Assembly: GCA_963749655.1 (NCBI GenBank)
Contig: CAVVOB010000028.1
Location: forward strand, 96,001-160,000
Reading direction: 5' to 3'
DNA from: Nitrospirota bacterium
GTDB lineage: Bacteria; Nitrospirota; UBA9217
DNA: 64,000 nucleotides
Position numbers and translations under genes: made by a program. Below, one piece after another: positions 31,231-41,340 of the stretch (position 1 is its first letter; each line of letters begins with the position of its first letter). The notes beneath the pieces are model-generated. The model had not been told where the DNA came from, did not search any database, and worked only from the letters and a program-made list of their open reading frames with translations.

Positions 31231-31284
31231 CTTGGCAGGAAACGCGCCTGTGTTTTGAGCAGTATTCTTAAGCGATGCTTGACG

Positions 31285-31314
31285 AGAGCGGTAGGTCCCC
31301 TACCGCTCTTTTTT
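31285..31314 (+). terminator. Intrinsic terminator overlapping the convergent gene's stop
   Basis: AGAGCGGTAG/CTACCGCTCT followed by a T-run. Confidence 0.7.
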
Positions 31315-31923
31315 GTTGGGAGGTCTGGGACCCCGCGAAGGCGGAAAAACCATTTCGGGCTCGGGCCATGACTTTCGGTCCAGTTCCTTGAATAGAGCCG
31401 TGAGTGATCGCTTCAGCTCTTGGTAGGCGGTCTTCGTGAGCGTATTGCTGAACCCGATTTCCACCCCGGCAGTCATGGTTTGAGCCGAAAGCCTGAATCC
31501 CATGGATAGAACGAAGGATTCGTTACTCGGAAACCCGCCCTCTTCCGCCATCATCTCATCAAACTGTGGGAAGTCCTTCGCAAGAGACCATTTCTCGATC
31601 TTCAGTTCGGGATGCCGTTTGCGCCAATCGGAAAAACATCTTTCAATCCCGGCTTCCGCCTCTTTGATCAAGGGCGCGTGTTTTCTTCGGAACTCTTCGT
31701 TCTGCTCGTTGATTATCTGCTGCAATTTATGGGGATCGGATTCAGACCAATGTTTATACACCATCGACGCGATGGAGATCCGGTACCACTCTTTATCAAC
31801 CGTGACGCTATTGGGTCCGCTCGTAAGTGCCTCCTGAGGAAAGATCACCGAGACCGCTAGCGCGATCATCGCGCTGAACAGCGGCACACGGCTGAAAATA
31901 AACAGAAAGGAATTTCGTTTCAT
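31300..31923 (-). CDS. Hypothetical secreted protein
   Basis: 207-aa ORF with hydrophobic N-terminus; no family recognised. Confidence 0.55.
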   Translation of the reverse strand: MKRNSFLFIFSRVPLFSAMIALAVSVIFPQEALTSGPNSVTVDKEWYRISIASMVYKHWSESDPHKLQQIINEQNEEFRRKHAPLIKEAEAGIERCFSDWRKRHPELKIEKWSLAKDFPQFDEMMAEEGGFPSNESFVLSMGFRLSAQTMTAGVEIGFSNTLTKTAYQELKRSLTALFKELDRKSWPEPEMVFPPSRGPRPPNKKER

Positions 31924-31935
31924 GGCGTCGATTCT

Positions 31936-32718
31936 TCATCCTCGAAAATTCCAACCGACCGCAACACCCAAAGCCTGAACGACCACCCCCCCTGCCCAGA
32001 GAGTATTCCGCAACAGCACCATCCGGTAGGTTGGTGCCATGTCATTCAAATCGATTGGGAACGGGATTGTGAGGCCCGCCTTGAGGGTCGATACCCACCA
32101 GAACAGGACTCCAACCGCGAACACGGGGAATCCACCCGCGTAGCCAAGTAAAAAAGCACTGATTCCGGCGCCGGCAACCACGAAATACGCGAGCTGCCAC
32201 AGCCCGCCCAGGGCCTGGATTCCGTACTGCCATGTCAAAGCCACGGTCGTTCCCAGCGGGAACCCGTTTGCTTTCATGTAGGCCCCGGCAAAGCCGGCGT
32301 AGACAGCCGCGCGCAGGAAGAACTCCACAAGTAATTCCGCACAGATCAGAATCAGCGCGCCCTTCGCCCAAAGCGGCAGACTCGCACGGGGACGGGTCAT
32401 GAAAGAGATGAAGGCCGGTCCCCAAAGAGCCCAGTACGCATAGCCCAGCGCCACCACCCCGCAAGGAAGAAGGACGAACGCACCGAACGCCGTTGGATAC
32501 AAGATCACTCCGTCGGCGAGCGAGTGGTGCGCAGACTTCATGAATAGGACGAGGATTGCCAGAGAAAGAAGACCCAGGGTGACCAGGATGATCCCCTCGG
32601 TTTTTGCAACTGTCGAGGCGGAAGTGTGAAGCAAACCCGGAAGAAACCTTACGCTTCCGACAAGTAATCCGAAGACCAGGAGATTCGAGATAATTGATAT
32701 CGATACTATCTTCATCAT
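31936..32718 (-). CDS. Hypothetical multi-pass membrane protein
   Basis: About seven hydrophobic segments. Confidence 0.6.
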   Translation of the reverse strand: MMKIVSISIISNLLVFGLLVGSVRFLPGLLHTSASTVAKTEGIILVTLGLLSLAILVLFMKSAHHSLADGVILYPTAFGAFVLLPCGVVALGYAYWALWGPAFISFMTRPRASLPLWAKGALILICAELLVEFFLRAAVYAGFAGAYMKANGFPLGTTVALTWQYGIQALGGLWQLAYFVVAGAGISAFLLGYAGGFPVFAVGVLFWWVSTLKAGLTIPFPIDLNDMAPTYRMVLLRNTLWAGGVVVQALGVAVGWNFRG

Positions 32719-32774
32719 TGTGATTGTGATCGTGCTTTCGGTAGATACGCTGATTGACCGGTGTTATGATTGCA

Positions 32775-32908
32775 ATGAACCTCCCCGCAGCAAGCTGCGG
32801 GGTATCTGTAACAGGGAAGGCTAATGTCATTTGAGCAACCTGCGGTTTCTCAAACTCTTCCCTTTATAAGGTGACCCTGTAGCGAGCTACAGGGAATTGC
32901 AAGTTCAA
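32775..32908. mobile_element. IS200/IS605-type non-autonomous element (PATE-like)
   Basis: Two sub-terminal hairpins, CCCCGCAG-CAAG-CTGCGGGG and CCCTGTAG-CGAG-CTACAGGG; no ORF. Confidence 0.6.
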
Positions 32909-32964
32909 GCACAGGGAAGTCAAGAACAAAAGGGGGCGCTTTGCGAGACGAGCGACGGCGCCCA

Positions 32965-33452
32965 TTATTTTCGTATGCGAAAGTTCGAAAGCGCTTCGAG
33001 ATGCGTTTTGATCACCTGGTCTTCGGTTCCGGTCGGAACGGCTAGAAAGCCCCGAACAGCGCTCATTCCACCATTGTTCTGATAGGGAATATGACCCGGG
33101 TGACTAACGGCGAAAAGATAATTACTCCCCACGTTAAGAGCATCAAACTGCTTACTGCGGCCAAAGCCACCCCATAAAATCATCGATCTTTTCCCGTGCC
33201 GTTGAGGATCTTTACAATCTGGACGGACAACGCGTCAGCCTCGCTTCGGGTGCCTTCAGCGGAAACAAATTTTTCAACGACGGTTGCAAGAACCAGTATT
33301 GAATTTCCTTCGGCACAGGATTGCAAAGCCTCTTGCGAAATCATTTTTCCTCGCTCCTTACCGTAAAGCGATGACGAAACAACTGCTATTCCGACAACAT
33401 AGCAGAACCATACAATTCCCAAACGTACTTTTGTCATTGCAACCCCGGACAA
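32965..33452 (-). CDS. Hypothetical secreted protein (split near 33185)
   Basis: Two abutting ORFs, the first with a signal-like N-terminus. Confidence 0.45.
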
Positions 33453-33477
33453 AGTCGACTTCCTAATAAAGGAAAAA

Positions 33478-34023
33478 TCAATCTGCGAAAACTACGATCG
33501 ATCGTGCGGCCAGGTCGTGAATAGCCCGCCGTTTTTGACTGAAAGGCAGGGTAAAGAATGAAAGCATTCCGAGAAACGCTTTTATGAGAATCCGGGTGTA
33601 TGCCATGAGTAGCGAGATGCGTTCTAAGGAAGGGTATCGCCTGACCCGCACCCTCATGATCTTCTGGCCGAGCGTGCAAAAGCGGCTGGTGCATAACGGC
33701 TCATATACGAAAAACAGGAACAGGATCAGGCCGACTCGGACCTTGACGCCGGTGTCACTTGCGTTGTCGAAAACATAGGCGATCGAGATAATCGAAGCGA
33801 GAACGAAGCCAACGTCGATTGCCGTCGCGATATAGCGGCGTGTCAGCGTAGGATATTCCCCGTCCTCAACAGCGACTTTTATTTCCCAATATTCCCCCGA
33901 GCCGGACTGCTCGCTGGATACGGCCGGCTTTTGGACGCGCTCCCGGTATTTATCGAAAATGATCCCACAGAAGTTACACTCGATATCCGAGGGTGATTTC
34001 TTATGGCATTTCGGGCATTGCAT
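33478..34023 (-). CDS. RDD family protein with N-terminal zinc ribbon
   Basis: MQCPKC..CNFCG; RRYIATAID, TLGQKIMRVRV and RAIHDLAA. Confidence 0.85.
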   Translation of the reverse strand: MQCPKCHKKSPSDIECNFCGIIFDKYRERVQKPAVSSEQSGSGEYWEIKVAVEDGEYPTLTRRYIATAIDVGFVLASIISIAYVFDNASDTGVKVRVGLILFLFFVYEPLCTSRFCTLGQKIMRVRVRRYPSLERISLLMAYTRILIKAFLGMLSFFTLPFSQKRRAIHDLAARSIVVFAD

Positions 34024-34153
34024 TTGTTTATGTTCAGGTCCTTTATTTATTTGCACGCTGCGTATCAGCGTCCCGGTGTTGAAAATGACAATATTCAAGT
34101 CTGACCCCATTTCGCTTGACGGCGCCTTTTAATGGGTGACCCCATAAGGTACA

Positions 34154-36010
34154 CTACCCGAATGACTGGCTGGGGCCTGCCTGCTTGATGGGCGGTGGTA
34201 AGAGCTGTACCTTGGTGTCCCCAATCGTCAGCGTGTAACCCTTCAGAGAAACCTTAACGCCGTTGACTTCCACAACCTTCGTCGCGCGGTCGTTCTTGCG
34301 TTCGAATTGCATCGGCCATTCTATCTTAGGGATCCTGGGAATGGTGAAAAAGCTCCTCGACTCGTGGAAGCTGATTCTAGTCGTGAAGAGATGTTGCGTG
34401 ACGTCAAAAGCCTGGCCTATCGCATCCAATCCTTGTGCGCGGATTGGCAACCCCTGCTGCACGAAACCCTCAGAGACGATTCCCATCCCATCCTCTGGGA
34501 GTATCCAGCACCAGTCCCCCCGACGACCGAACCTAAACACGGCGCGACTGCCGTTTTGCGTGAAGGGCCTGGGCGTCCAAACCACGTTCTGGAGAGGCCA
34601 GCTCGGGTTGTCGCTCGGAGAGAAAAAACCCGCATCAAGGAGCTCGAGTTCCACCTCAAGCTGTGCATAGTAGTTCGTAACCGATGTCCCTATGCTGCCG
34701 CCCTGCCAGTGGGGGAAGACGCTCACCGTCTGGCTCTCAACAAGCGAGTCAGGGGCATCGAAATCAGGACTGATACTCCCCGCTGATAACGATGGCCGGG
34801 GGAACACAATACCGGCCATGCCTTGCGCGGAGGTGTATAGCGAGTCATCAGGAACCCAGTAGTCAAGATCGGCCTTGTCGACAGTACCTTTTACCAGCAC
34901 GTTATACGCGTAGGGATTACTGCTTGAAAGCTCGATGGGAACCTGGATAACCGGCCACGTGGTGGGCAGGGACCACAGCGATAACCCATATACACGGTAC
35001 ATATAGCTGACCGTGCCTTTTAGGTTGGTCTGCATCTCGAGCTTTACCCTGTAGCCCCCCTTCGGTCCCGGCAACATCGTCTTGCCAAGGATCTTAGCGC
35101 TGACCATGAGACTGGCGGGAACTGGGGCAGGCAGCACGAGGGAGGGCGTAGCCGGGAGGTAGGAGCGGAGTTTCAGTTCAATCGCCCGACTGCACACCGC
35201 ACAGAATCGAGGCGACAGATCTCGCATGGTGCAGCTGTGCTCCGGACGGAATAGCCCGCGACTGTAATAGCCGCCCCCCTCAAACAGCCCGACCGTGCCG
35301 GCGCTGACACTAGGGGGGGTGGGACAGGGCGTCGAGGGCAAGACCAGATCCTCCCACTTGAGCCCGACTCTTGTGTTGTGTGCGGTGATGTTGACTTCCC
35401 AGGGCTCAAGCCACAAGAACCCACCCCATGTGCGGTTGTCATCCGTGCCATTGCAGGCGTAGCACTCGTACTCGTCCGCAAGCCCGAACATATGGCCGAG
35501 TTCATGGATGGCGACTTTTTCCCAGCCTGGCTCACTCGAGAACTTGGCCACGGAACCGCCCGCTCCTACGCCGAGTCCGTTGTTAATGAGCACGAGAATC
35601 GTCGTGTAGTTGGGCACGAACGCGCGTACCGTGTCCTCCACCAGCCACGAATCTATCTGTGGAACGCGTCGAACACCGTAGCCGCAAGTTGCCGAGTCGA
35701 AATAGGTGGCTACCTTATTCCCGCTTCCGGTAGTACCATCCGCGCAGGTCAAGGGGTCGTCAATCCCGGAGTCTGTGGAGCGAACGTCCAGCCGGTGGAT
35801 GTTGATGGCAGACCAACTATCGTGGAAGGGCTGAGTCCAGTACAGAGCCCTCACAAACGCCAAGCATTGAGAGCGGTACGTCTCAATCTCGTCGAGCGTC
35901 GCATCCTGCCGATACCCCTCGGAAACCAGCACGATATTGTACCGGGAGGAGTTCGGCCCGTTGGAAACAAGTTTGCTGTACTGAACAACCCCGCCATCTT
36001 GTCGCCCCAT
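34154..36010 (-). CDS. M64 family metallopeptidase with C-terminal extension
   Basis: NIVLVSEGY, HELGHMFGLADEY, GLFEGG and CTMR..FCAVC. Confidence 0.88.
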   Translation of the reverse strand: MGRQDGGVVQYSKLVSNGPNSSRYNIVLVSEGYRQDATLDEIETYRSQCLAFVRALYWTQPFHDSWSAINIHRLDVRSTDSGIDDPLTCADGTTGSGNKVATYFDSATCGYGVRRVPQIDSWLVEDTVRAFVPNYTTILVLINNGLGVGAGGSVAKFSSEPGWEKVAIHELGHMFGLADEYECYACNGTDDNRTWGGFLWLEPWEVNITAHNTRVGLKWEDLVLPSTPCPTPPSVSAGTVGLFEGGGYYSRGLFRPEHSCTMRDLSPRFCAVCSRAIELKLRSYLPATPSLVLPAPVPASLMVSAKILGKTMLPGPKGGYRVKLEMQTNLKGTVSYMYRVYGLSLWSLPTTWPVIQVPIELSSSNPYAYNVLVKGTVDKADLDYWVPDDSLYTSAQGMAGIVFPRPSLSAGSISPDFDAPDSLVESQTVSVFPHWQGGSIGTSVTNYYAQLEVELELLDAGFFSPSDNPSWPLQNVVWTPRPFTQNGSRAVFRFGRRGDWCWILPEDGMGIVSEGFVQQGLPIRAQGLDAIGQAFDVTQHLFTTRISFHESRSFFTIPRIPKIEWPMQFERKNDRATKVVEVNGVKVSLKGYTLTIGDTKVQLLPPPIKQAGPSQSFG

Positions 36011-36011
36011 C

Positions 36012-36758
36012 TTACGCTCCCCTCTCGTCTTTGAGTGCACTGATTGTGAACGTGACGGTGTTAACAAACTCTACGTTGCCAGCGCGGTCCTCCGACCAGA
36101 ACTCCAGCGTGTGACTGCCGGGGGTGCTTACGACGACGGTGGTTCCCTCCTGCTGGGCTCCGCCGTCCACCTTGTAGTAGGTGTGAGCGACGCCTGAGCC
36201 GCCGGCGTTATCGGTGGCTTCCAGGCGGATAGTAGCCGAGTCGGTGTAGTTGACCAACGTGTTAGAGACCGTGAGGGGAGCGGTCAGGTCAGATCCTGCC
36301 GCATCCGGACCGATGGCCTTCGCGAGCGTGAATCGGGCAATCTCGGTGGGCGGTCTTGAGACATCGAGTTCCGCACCGGGTTTCGGAGGTGTGAATCCAA
36401 ACAGAACCACCGAGTGTGCGTCATCCAAGTCGGGCACCGTTATTGTGTAGAACCCCTCTGGCCGTTCTGTCCTTCTAAACGCCAGGGGCCTTTCCGGGTC
36501 GCCGGTCGCAACCTCCACCCAAGGGTCCAGCGGGTTGCGGTCGAAGCCACGGTATAGGCGTTCGCCTCCTTTGGCTTGAACTTCGTACCAGAAGCGGGCG
36601 CGTGGCTGGTCGGGCCCGAGGTCTGCCGATGGCAGCACAGGCATGTTCACGCTGCGTTCAAAGACGAGTTGGAAGGCGGATCCGTCGAGCGAGAATGTCA
36701 GTCGAATCGCCTGCGGTGGTCGCACGTCATCCTGCGACTGTCTGGAATCAGGCCTCAT
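36012..36758 (-). CDS. Hypothetical protein with C-terminal Ig-like domain, abutting the M64 gene
   Basis: ATDNAGGSGVAHTYYKVDG..GSHTLEFWSEDRAGNVE; stop lies 1 nt from the M64 ATG. Confidence 0.75.
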   Translation of the reverse strand: MRPDSRQSQDDVRPPQAIRLTFSLDGSAFQLVFERSVNMPVLPSADLGPDQPRARFWYEVQAKGGERLYRGFDRNPLDPWVEVATGDPERPLAFRRTERPEGFYTITVPDLDDAHSVVLFGFTPPKPGAELDVSRPPTEIARFTLAKAIGPDAAGSDLTAPLTVSNTLVNYTDSATIRLEATDNAGGSGVAHTYYKVDGGAQQEGTTVVVSTPGSHTLEFWSEDRAGNVEFVNTVTFTISALKDERGA

Positions 36759-37030
36759 GCGCAGCCCCCCCTACGTGCAACCCGGATCCAAGTGGCATCT
36801 TTATCATGCGAATCTCCCGCCCTGTTTTTTCAGCCTTTTCTTCGGAGATAAATTCGGACATCGTTTCCTCGCTTTCCTCGGGCAATTGCTTCGAATTCTA
36901 CTCTATCATTTGCCGGCTTATCTTTTTGGGTGAAGACGTATTTGTGACCGTAGGGGGTCAGTGGATCCCGGGGGCCAGACTTTGAAATTGGCATTCTCAT
37001 CTGACGGCACCCTCACGCGGACCCCTAACC

Positions 37031-37645
37031 TCATTGATTGTTTGCGATCCGAAGCGGCCACTTCCATGCCACAAAAGCCCACAAAATATAATAGGCCGTA
37101 ACAAACAGAAGATTGCGGCCCTGAATGATCTTCTCGACAAAACCAAGGCGCCCCTGGATAAATGTCTCTTGCCAGGAAGTTCCGAAGCCTTGGCCAAAAG
37201 AAAGTACCGCGATCAATATCATCATCGGAAAAAACATGAGCATATTTTTCAATACTTCAGCTCGCATCATATCCTCATCAGCGGTCTGCAGCGATAGTAT
37301 GCCCAGCCCGCGCGTGACCAGAATTGCATAAAATCCGATCAGGGCGCCATGGTCCCTATGAAACAGGTAGGTGGAGGTTCCCAGAATGAAATAGAAAACG
37401 ATCAGCCCCCAGTAAATGCGCTGGAGCTCTTTTGAGCCCCCCTCCATATGCATGACCATTGCCGTGCCTGCCAGGAGGGTGATGGCATGACAGGAGAGAA
37501 ACTCCATAAGGCAAAGCTTATTAAAGCTCACCCAGCCTATAAGTTTTTCACCTGTGCCAAATCGCGGATTCAACCAGGCCATGAAATACAGGAGGGCCGT
37601 AACAACATAGCCGAAAGCTGAATGTAAAGAAGCGTTTAATCTCAT
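37031..37645 (-). CDS. Hypothetical multi-pass membrane protein
   Basis: About six hydrophobic segments. Confidence 0.6.
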   Translation of the reverse strand: MRLNASLHSAFGYVVTALLYFMAWLNPRFGTGEKLIGWVSFNKLCLMEFLSCHAITLLAGTAMVMHMEGGSKELQRIYWGLIVFYFILGTSTYLFHRDHGALIGFYAILVTRGLGILSLQTADEDMMRAEVLKNMLMFFPMMILIAVLSFGQGFGTSWQETFIQGRLGFVEKIIQGRNLLFVTAYYILWAFVAWKWPLRIANNQ

Positions 37646-37687
37646 ACGGTAAACTCTGCACTGAAACCAGTTTTGTAAAGCGCCAAA

Positions 37688-38121
37688 TCACGGTGTCTGC
37701 CCGATATAGTGGCAGTCGGGGAGTTCCTCCATTGCGTCCGTCTGCTCAATCAGTTCGGGATATACGTGGCCAACCAGGAAGCCCATGGACATGTTCAGCC
37801 GAACGAACCGGGTCTGGCCCTGGGCGAGCGTTAACGTCAGTTTTCGTTCGACCTCCGTCGTCGTTGCCAGTTCATAGTTCCCCGGCAAAAGATCGACATA
37901 GAAGAAGCCTCTTGGGACCGCTTGGCCGATCACGGTGCCGTTCAGCTGGACCTTCGGCTGGACCGCCATTCCGTAGGAACCCGAACGGTACAGAGAAATA
38001 TTCTTCCCTTTTCCGGAGATAACGGCGTTATCCTGTCAGCCATCTCTGAGAACTTCGGTCCTGACGCGCAACCGCCTGTCACCACCACAAACAGCAAAAG
38101 AAACCTTAGCATCCTTACCAT
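37688..38121 (-). CDS. DUF2846-like lipoprotein (frameshift near 37985)
   Basis: VTGGCASG lipobox; GRIFL..; QPKVQLNG..GFFYVDLLPGNY. Confidence 0.75.
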
Positions 38122-38140
38122 ATCTCCCTCCCTCATGTGA

Positions 38141-38548
38141 CTATGGATTCACATTCACGGCCGTGATAACAAGCTGTACGGGCTTCTCAAGCGGCGAGAA
38201 ACTTTGCTCGACCGGAAGATAGAATCCGACCAGCCGCGATGAAGAGACGACGATATACGCTTCGTGGATGTGCGACGCTTCAACGGTCAGGATCTGTTCG
38301 CTGCTCTTGAAAACCTGTCCATAGGAAGTCGTACCGATGTAGTTCCACCTGGTATTTGCGCGCAGGGTTCTGTTGTACCCTGTTCCGAGCGATACATTTA
38401 CATTCTTATCGAGTATGAAGGACGAAGATGTACTGTTGTCGGTAACGAGTGCCGTGGGTAGCTGAGTCACGTGGACTACATTGAACGGACATGCATTCAG
38501 CAGCACGATCACGATAAAGAGAAACGCGGACCTGTACGCTTTATTCAT
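38141..38548 (-). CDS. Hypothetical lipoprotein
   Basis: LLNAC lipobox; GGAGG RBS. Confidence 0.72.
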   Translation of the reverse strand: MNKAYRSAFLFIVIVLLNACPFNVVHVTQLPTALVTDNSTSSSFILDKNVNVSLGTGYNRTLRANTRWNYIGTTSYGQVFKSSEQILTVEASHIHEAYIVVSSSRLVGFYLPVEQSFSPLEKPVQLVITAVNVNP

Positions 38549-38714
38549 CGAGCATCCTCCAAAGGTCGAAACCTGCTCATGGTCACTACTGATCATATCA
38601 ACAGCAGCGTCATGACGTACACGAAAATATAAGGCTCCCGGCCACGGGTAAATTTTCGTTTTAAATACTCCAGGAATTGACAACTACCGGGGAATGGACA
38701 CGGTTGATGGGACG

Positions 38715-38770
38715 AGAATAGGACAAACGAATAGAAAAGGCAAGCATCTCGATGGGGTATTTTTGGGGGA
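38715..38770 (-). promoter_or_regulatory. Sigma70-like promoter with upstream TACCC-type box
   Basis: Minus strand: TCCCCCAAAAATACCCCAT, 8 nt, TTGCCT-N17-TATTCT. Confidence 0.6.
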
Positions 38771-38782
38771 GGACTTTACTGC

Positions 38783-38919
38783 AGTTCAAAGTTCATAGTT
38801 CTGAGTTCAGAGTGAAGGTTATGGTTCGCCGGTTGAATTTAATGCGAGATTTTTCAAAAGGGACAACTGCCTGCTGACCTTTACCAACTCCCGACTCAAA
38901 ACTAGAAACTCAAAACTGA
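38783..38919. repeat. Inverted heptamer tandem repeats
   Basis: AGTTCAA/AGTTCAT/AGTTCTG/AGTTCAG facing AACTCCC/GACTCAA/AACTAGA/AACTCAA. Confidence 0.65.
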
Positions 38920-39129
38920 TTTATGACCGCCCGTTCAAAACAGGCCAGTCATTTTGTTGCCATCTATTGATTCCAAGCGGGCCTCAAGTCCGATTAACCT
39001 TTTGATTTAAAATAACTTCAAAAGACTATATAGCTTTGGTCTTTATATTGCAGTCTATTGCAACAAAACCCATGGAAATACTAAAGATCGGGCATCAACC
39101 GAGGTCATCTACGAGAGGGGGAACTCTTT

Positions 39130-39408
39130 ATGCCGCTCCGCAAGATCGATACCCTGCCGGACCCTGACTTGTCAGATAAGACAGTCGTCGAAATCCATGG
39201 CGCAGGCCTCAGACCCAGGGAACTGGACAGCGATACGGTTGTGTTCTGCAGGCACGTCAACGGGCTGGCGCCGGACCACGTTTGCGTCATTTTCAGAAGG
39301 CAGACAGCCGAGACGGGAAAACGCATGTGCGAGGGGTGCGTCATTGATGCGGTACTGTATCGAAGTCAAGAAGCGGTCCGGGATTGTGTTCGCGTGTGCA
39401 ACGCTTAG
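39130..39408 (+). CDS. Small Cys-rich hypothetical protein
   Basis: GAGGGGG RBS; six Cys including CEGC. Confidence 0.4.
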   Translation: MPLRKIDTLPDPDLSDKTVVEIHGAGLRPRELDSDTVVFCRHVNGLAPDHVCVIFRRQTAETGKRMCEGCVIDAVLYRSQEAVRDCVRVCNA

Positions 39409-39466
39409 GACCGGAGGATTCTGACTGACGGTTCTTACGGGGCTTCTTTGCTCCGAATGGAATTTA

Positions 39467-39649
39467 TTATAAACAGGTTTTTTCGATGACCTTCTTTGCT
39501 TCTTCTCTGGTTATGCCGTATTGATAATATATATATAATGACACCATGTCTGCCAGTTGATCCTTGGAAATATCCGGCATGATCTCGAGGATCTCTTCCT
39601 TAAAATAATTGGCTGCTTCACAAAGCGGCATGTCGTCTTTCTTGATCAT
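39467..39649 (-). CDS. Small hypothetical protein
   Basis: AGGGGA RBS; 60 aa with protein-like helical composition. Confidence 0.6.
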   Translation of the reverse strand: MIKKDDMPLCEAANYFKEEILEIMPDISKDQLADMVSLYIYYQYGITREEAKKVIEKTCL

Positions 39650-39874
39650 TCTCGTTCCCCTTTCCTCTCCGGAAGTTGCGCACCTGGTTCAGAACAAGCC
39701 GGCCGCCTGCATCAATAGTAGCAAGTATAGCATAACGCAAAGGAAGTCGAGGGACATCTTGAGGAAGCGGGACAGGGTGGGATTTTTCTTAAGGGTTTAT
39801 AGACTTGACGTCAGCTCCTGAGCATTGGTCGTCACTCAGAACTCAAAACCAAGAACTCAACACTGCAGTAAAAA

Positions 39875-40845
39875 CTACCACAAATGATGCACCTGCGGCC
39901 GAATGTGGCGGTCGTAGATCGCCTGGATTTTTTCCATGGTGGAGTCTGAAAGCGGGGGCAGGTCCGCAGCGCGGATGTTGTCCTCGGCCTGCGTCGGCCG
40001 CTTGGCGCCCGGGATGGTGCAGGTCACGGCATCGTACATCAGGATCCACCGCAGGGCCAGCTGGGCCATGGTGGCTTCTGGCGGGACGAGGGAACGCAAC
40101 TCCTCGACAGCTTTGAGTCCGGTCTCGAAATCCACGCCGGAAAAGGTCTCGCCCCGGTCGAATGCCCGGCCCTCGCGGTTGAAGGTTCGGTGGTCGTCGG
40201 GAGAGAACGTGGTGGCGGGCGTCATCTTTCCGGTGAGCATGCCGGACGCGAGAGGCACGCGGGCGATGATGCCCACGCCGCGGCGTTTTGGCCTTCGGCG
40301 AAAAAACCTTCGGCAGGACGCAGGCGGAAGATGTTGAAGATGATCATCACGGATTGCACATCGGGGTATTCAATGGCCTTCTCTGCTTCGTCGATGCGTT
40401 CCACGCTGACGCCGTAGTGGCGGATCTTGCCCTGCTGCACCAGGTCATCCAGGATCCCGAACACTTCGGAGTTGTAGACGGCAACGGGCGGGCAGTGCAG
40501 CTGCATGAGGTCTATGGTTTCGACGCCGAGGTTTTGCAAACTCTCCTCGACAAAGGCGGTCATATTTTCGCGATTGTAGCCTTGAACGTCGGGATTGACC
40601 TGCATGCCCATCTTGGTGGCGATGTAAAAGGGCTCATTCCGCTGTTGCCGCAGACGGCCCAGAAGCGGTTCGCTGCCGTATACGTCCGCGGTGTCGAAAA
40701 AGTTGACGCCGAGGTCCAACGCGCGGTTGAGCGTAGCAAGCGATTCACGATCGTCCACCGGGCCCCACAAGCTGCCCATTGCCCACGTGCCGAGGCCGAT
40801 GGTCGATACTTTCCAGCCTGTGCGTCCGAGTTCACGGTATTCCAT
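39875..40845 (-). CDS. Aldo/keto reductase (frameshift near 40290)
   Basis: GLGTW, FFDTADVYG, GKIRHYGVS, ARVPLASG and IPGAK. Confidence 0.9.
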
Positions 40846-40929
40846 GGTATCTCCGTCCCATACAGTCGCCTAATTAAACTATACTCCGTTTTTTAGGCGC
40901 CCGCGGAAACGTGAGGGACCGTGCAAATG

Positions 40930-41119
40930 TGATAGCCTCGTAATAGTTGTCATTCCCGCTTGTCGGGAATCGTGTTGCCGCTTAACGCACTGATAAGATA
41001 CGATTCCAGACAAGCCCCGACTGGTCGGGGCCGGCCGGCAGCGCCCCGCATCAATATTTCACAAGAAGCGGGGAATGGCTGTACTTTGGTGATCTTCGAC
41101 TTTTTACGAATACATCAAG
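40930..41119. mobile_element. Inverted copy of the MITE/REP element at 27627
   Basis: The reverse complement of 41085-41119 closely matches 27627-27660; internal GTCATTCCCGCTTGTCGGGAATC. Confidence 0.7.
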
Positions 41120-41340
41120 TGTAGAACCTTACCAACTGCGGAATGGAAAAGACAGCGGTCGGTAGTCGGCAGCAAGGGGCACGGAATGAAATTGCGATTT
41201 GCGGATTCTAAAACAAGCTGAAAGCTGCCCGCTGACAGCGTGTTGAATTTTAAATTGCGGATTGCCGGCTTCCGGCATCCGGACCCTGGCTACTGGCCCC
41301 AGGACCCCGTTTCTAACGACCTGAGACATGAAACAGACCA

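Noticed and set aside
31300-38550. Classical integron cassette array
   Set aside because: No attC-type RYYYAAC...GTTRRRY sites between the genes and no IntI in the window.
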